Below, in pieces: positions 60,522 to 64,000 of a DNA stretch of 64,000 nucleotides. The notes below the pieces were generated by a model. The model had not been told where the DNA came from, ran no database searches, and saw only the letters and a program-made list of their open reading frames with translations. Source of the stretch: Zootoca vivipara (taxonomy: Eukaryota); contig NC_083285.1 of the NCBI RefSeq assembly GCF_963506605.1, forward strand, positions 71,982,001-72,046,000, read 5' to 3'. The position numbers and the translations under genes are program-made. Each line of letters starts with the position of its first letter. The stretch's first letter is position 1.

Positions 60522-62836
60522 ATACCCCATAGGAAGTTGGTTCTTAATTGCCTGTCTGGGACATATTCTCAGAGGTATGAAGTCTGTACATAAAACTTTT
60601 GAAATCTCTCAGGGATATAAAGACTCATGATAAATGAGTTTTCAAGTTTTAATTATAAAAATTGTTATTTTCTAGTCACACACAGAGATTGGATTTTACA
60701 GTATTCTGTTCAGATGGGGGTCTAGATTTGATGGTTCCTCAGGCCATAAAGACAAGAATTAACCACTTATGATCAGAAACTTGGTTGAGAAGATTGATTC
60801 AGCTTTCCATTGTTGCCATTTGAATCAGCAGAGATATTCTGGTCCCCCACCCCCCAATATTGTTAACACAGCCTAATTACCGTAAGTCAGATGATATAAA
60901 AAGTGTTTTTTTGTTTTTCATGGTTTTCTCAAACATTTGCTGTTTCTTAAGACTGGTGTGATAACCAGAAGAGTATTTTATTTATTCTTTAATTTAATCA
61001 AAATATTTGAAATCCCCTCGTGATGTTCGTGGATTAGATCTTCTTATGTTCTTTTAGAACTACCTATTCCTAAAGCTGCAATTATAGGCACATTGACTTG
61101 GGAGGAATCCGCAGGGTGGTTAATGTAACTTAATTTTAAAGAAATGTGTATGAGATTAGGCTGCACAGGGCTATTTGATTCAGCTCCATCAGGCAACCTA
61201 TTTCCCTTTCAACAAATGTTATCCAACAGGACACCGCATAAGGTAAATATTTCAAGTTTCTTTTGTATGTATTTTACATTTTTAGTCAGAAATTTAAACT
61301 GTAATATAGCAAGCTGACTTTAGTAATTGATTCTTTTAGGAGAACACCCATTTCCCCCCATTAGAGATATTCACCACCCTATTAATACCACACAATATCA
61401 TACTATAGTCACACCCACAGCATACATTTAAAGTACCTGGCTATACCCCCCAAATTTGCACTTTCTGAATCAATATGAGAACTGAAGCACAGCCATCTTC
61501 CAGAACTTGCACTTGTCCAGATTTTGTGGTGCAGTTCTCTAAGCAAGCAATGCTCACAAAAATGCCCATATTAGGAGAAAATGTATGTAAAAAGAATATA
61601 GATCTGATAATATAGAATATAGAACAAACAAAAATGCATTATATATAGGGAAGGTGCTTGCACAAATGTGTACATTAGTCAAAATTGCATACAAAATTTA
61701 TTTTTTAGGATTTTTTTATTTTTTTAGGAGAAATTCAGACTAAAATGCTAAAGAATTTTTCATGAGGATAGTTTTAAAAAAATTATGCAAATTGTAGCAG
61801 ACTTGTGGAGAACTGAATTTAAGATGGGGAAAATGAGAACCTGAGAGAACCAAACATGACAATTTCTTCCATCTGTATTTGGATGTGACCCCTATGACTG
61901 TAAGAATTTTTGTGACAGCCAATAAAACATTAGAGAATGGTATGTCCACTGCTACATGTGGAGTACAACATAAAATAGGACAATTAACAAGTTCACGTTA
62001 GTCAAATATCATGCTTGTTACCTCTGATAGTACCAACATGTACATGGAGAGAAAGGAATGAATGCTGGTCTAGGAGAAAGGTAATACAAAACAGCAAGGG
62101 AGTGGGAATCCTCATTCAGATGTTGTGGCCACAAAGGTGCTTCTTAGCACTTAACTCCTTTCTGGGTCGCTTTAATTTGCAAGGAGCACTTACAGTAGTG
62201 GCACAAATGCATGGCCCTCCTGCATATGGTTGGACATCAGCCCTAGCCAGGATGGTCAGGGATGATGGGAGTTGTAGTCCAGCAACATCTGGAGAGTCAC
62301 AGATTTCCCTAGAACATTTAAATACACTGTATATATGATATCTGCATATGGGGTGGATTTGTACCACTATTGTATGCCGCAGGATTGGGGTTTCATAACC
62401 ATGCTCCAAGGATACATTTTCCACACAGAGTGTAATTTTTTTCACATAGAAATGTGTACCGGTATATTAGGAAAAATTAGAGCCAATATGCTGATGAAAT
62501 TTCACAAGGGCTTTTAAATCAATCAATCACAAACTAATGTTGATATATGGAGAACTGAATTTAAAACTGAAAAGGTTTAGAAATAGTGAGAAATTGAAAT
62601 TGAAATATTCATTCATCCCTAGTTCAACAGAAAATGGAAAAAAATGTTCCCCAATAATTATTTGATGACATTATGAAATAAGCATTTCACCATTATAAAA
62701 TTATCATTTTTTATTTTTTATTTTTAATTTTAATGTATTTAGTCTTGTTGTTGAGTTGTATTTTAACTAGTTGTTTTATATTTGGTGTTAGCCTCTCTGA
62801 GCCTGGCCTTGGCTGGGGAGGGTGGGCTATAAATAA

Positions 62837-62888
<52 letters not shown>

Positions 62889-62999
62889 TCACCAACAATA
62901 ATGGTGATGGGATTGAGTCACACTCCAATTACTATAGTTTGGGGGCATCTTTACTATCCCGGCAGATAATTCCACATCTTGGGAAGAATTTACAACGTC

Positions 63000-63583
63000 A
63001 TGGTTCCTGAAGATGATAATGAAACGACACCAGAGACCTTCCTACTGACTGGGCTTTCCAGCCAGCCACTCATGCGCAAGGTGCTCTTTGTTGTCTTTCT
63101 CTTCCTCTATCTAATGACTCTTATTGGGAATGGCCTTATTGTCCTCTTGATCGTAGCAGATCCTCACCTCCTCACCCCCATGTATTTCTTTATAGGCAAC
63201 CTCTCCCTTCTTGACATCTGCTATACTACCAGCACAGTCCCACAGATGCTGGCCCTCAGCTTCACGGATAGGCCCACTATTTCCAATGCCAGATGTTTTG
63301 CCCAGATGTGTATCTCGCTCTTCCTTGGAACGACAGAATGCATTCTGTTGGCTGCCATGGCTTATGACCGCTTTGTGGCGATCTGCATGCCACTCCACTA
63401 TACGCTGATCATGAACAGAAGGCTGTGTGGCTGTCTGGCTGTCTCCTCGTGGGTCTTGGCCTCCCTGTTGACCCTTGTACCATCCTTCACCATGAAGATC
63501 AAACTATGTGGGCACAATGTCATCAACCATTTTGCATGTGAAGTTCAGGCTGTTGTGAAACTAGCATGTTCTGATATCTCAGC
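63000..63583 (+). pseudogene. Olfactory receptor interrupted by an LTR retrotransposon
   Basis: ATG at 63000; LLTPMYFFIGNLS, MAYDRFVAICMPLHY, NHFACE, KLACSDIS, then LTR sequence; TM5-7 not in the window. Confidence 0.9.
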
Positions 63584-64000
63584 TGAAATGTACTCGGAGT
63601 CGAGAGTGAATTTCATGCTCTTTATTCAGCTCATAGTCATCAAGGAGAAGAGGAGAAGAAGAAGAATGGCTCTTTTCCCAAAACCATCTGCTTATATACA
63701 TTATTTACACAATGGGCCTTGCGTGATTGGCTACTTCAGGGCTACACCTGTGGGCCAATTATATTGTGGATTGACTTCTGCCTGCAGCCTGATTGGCTGC
63801 TCCTACAGGCCAATCAGGTAGCAGATTCACTTCTGCCAGCCGCCTGATTGGCTGCTCCAGCAGGCCAATCAGGTTGCGGATTCACTTCCACCTGGAGTTG
63901 GATTGGGTAGCTCCCGCTGTTTCTGAATCCTATTGTTCTAGGATTCAGCTCAGTACATAACACCCCTCCCCTCTAAGTTCCAGTCCTGCCCGGGAAGTTG
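63584..64000 (-). mobile_element. 3' LTR (63584-63962) plus PPT of an LTR retrotransposon continuing beyond the window
   Basis: Reverse complement of the 31295-31683 LTR family; PPT AGAGGGGGAGGGG adjacent at ~63963-63975. Confidence 0.88.

Noticed and set aside
62979-63821. 280-aa OR as a complete protein
   Set aside because: Residues after KLACSDIS come from the antisense LTR; TM5-7 are missing.

Overview
Eukaryotic (squamate, most likely lacertid lizard) genomic DNA, inferred from Sauria SINEs, BovB, CR1, L2 and Neptune-type Penelope elements. Host genes: a KRAB-C2H2 zinc-finger gene (+, CpG island ~16.1-16.5 kb, KRAB-A exon 19100-19226, 20-finger exon 23891-25719); two tandem 4-exon c-type lysozyme paralogs on the minus strand (30619-36075 and 41153-50485), reconstructed by hand from splice sites; one intact olfactory receptor (55676-56629); and one OR broken by an LTR element (63000-63583). 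Most of the rest is transposon-derived. Highlights: (1) an intact sushi/Tf1-type chromoviral Ty3/Gypsy element (8800-14612) with an 11-nt self-priming PBS, a PEG10-type GGGAAAC frameshift and an integrase tail carrying two acidic FxGF motifs resembling LEDGF/TND-binding motifs; it sits inside a BovB, which sits inside a Penelope hammerhead mini-element; (2) a 3.8-kb near-perfect Penelope palindrome with a 15-bp TSD in the KRAB-ZNF intron, plus a family of small hammerhead-bearing Penelope ends with TSDs; (3) a lysozyme pair split into a cationic paralog with substituted catalytic residues (E35Q, D52E) and an acidic, Arg-poor, catalytically intact paralog with a calcium-binding loop. All coordinates were read by eye and no database search was run.
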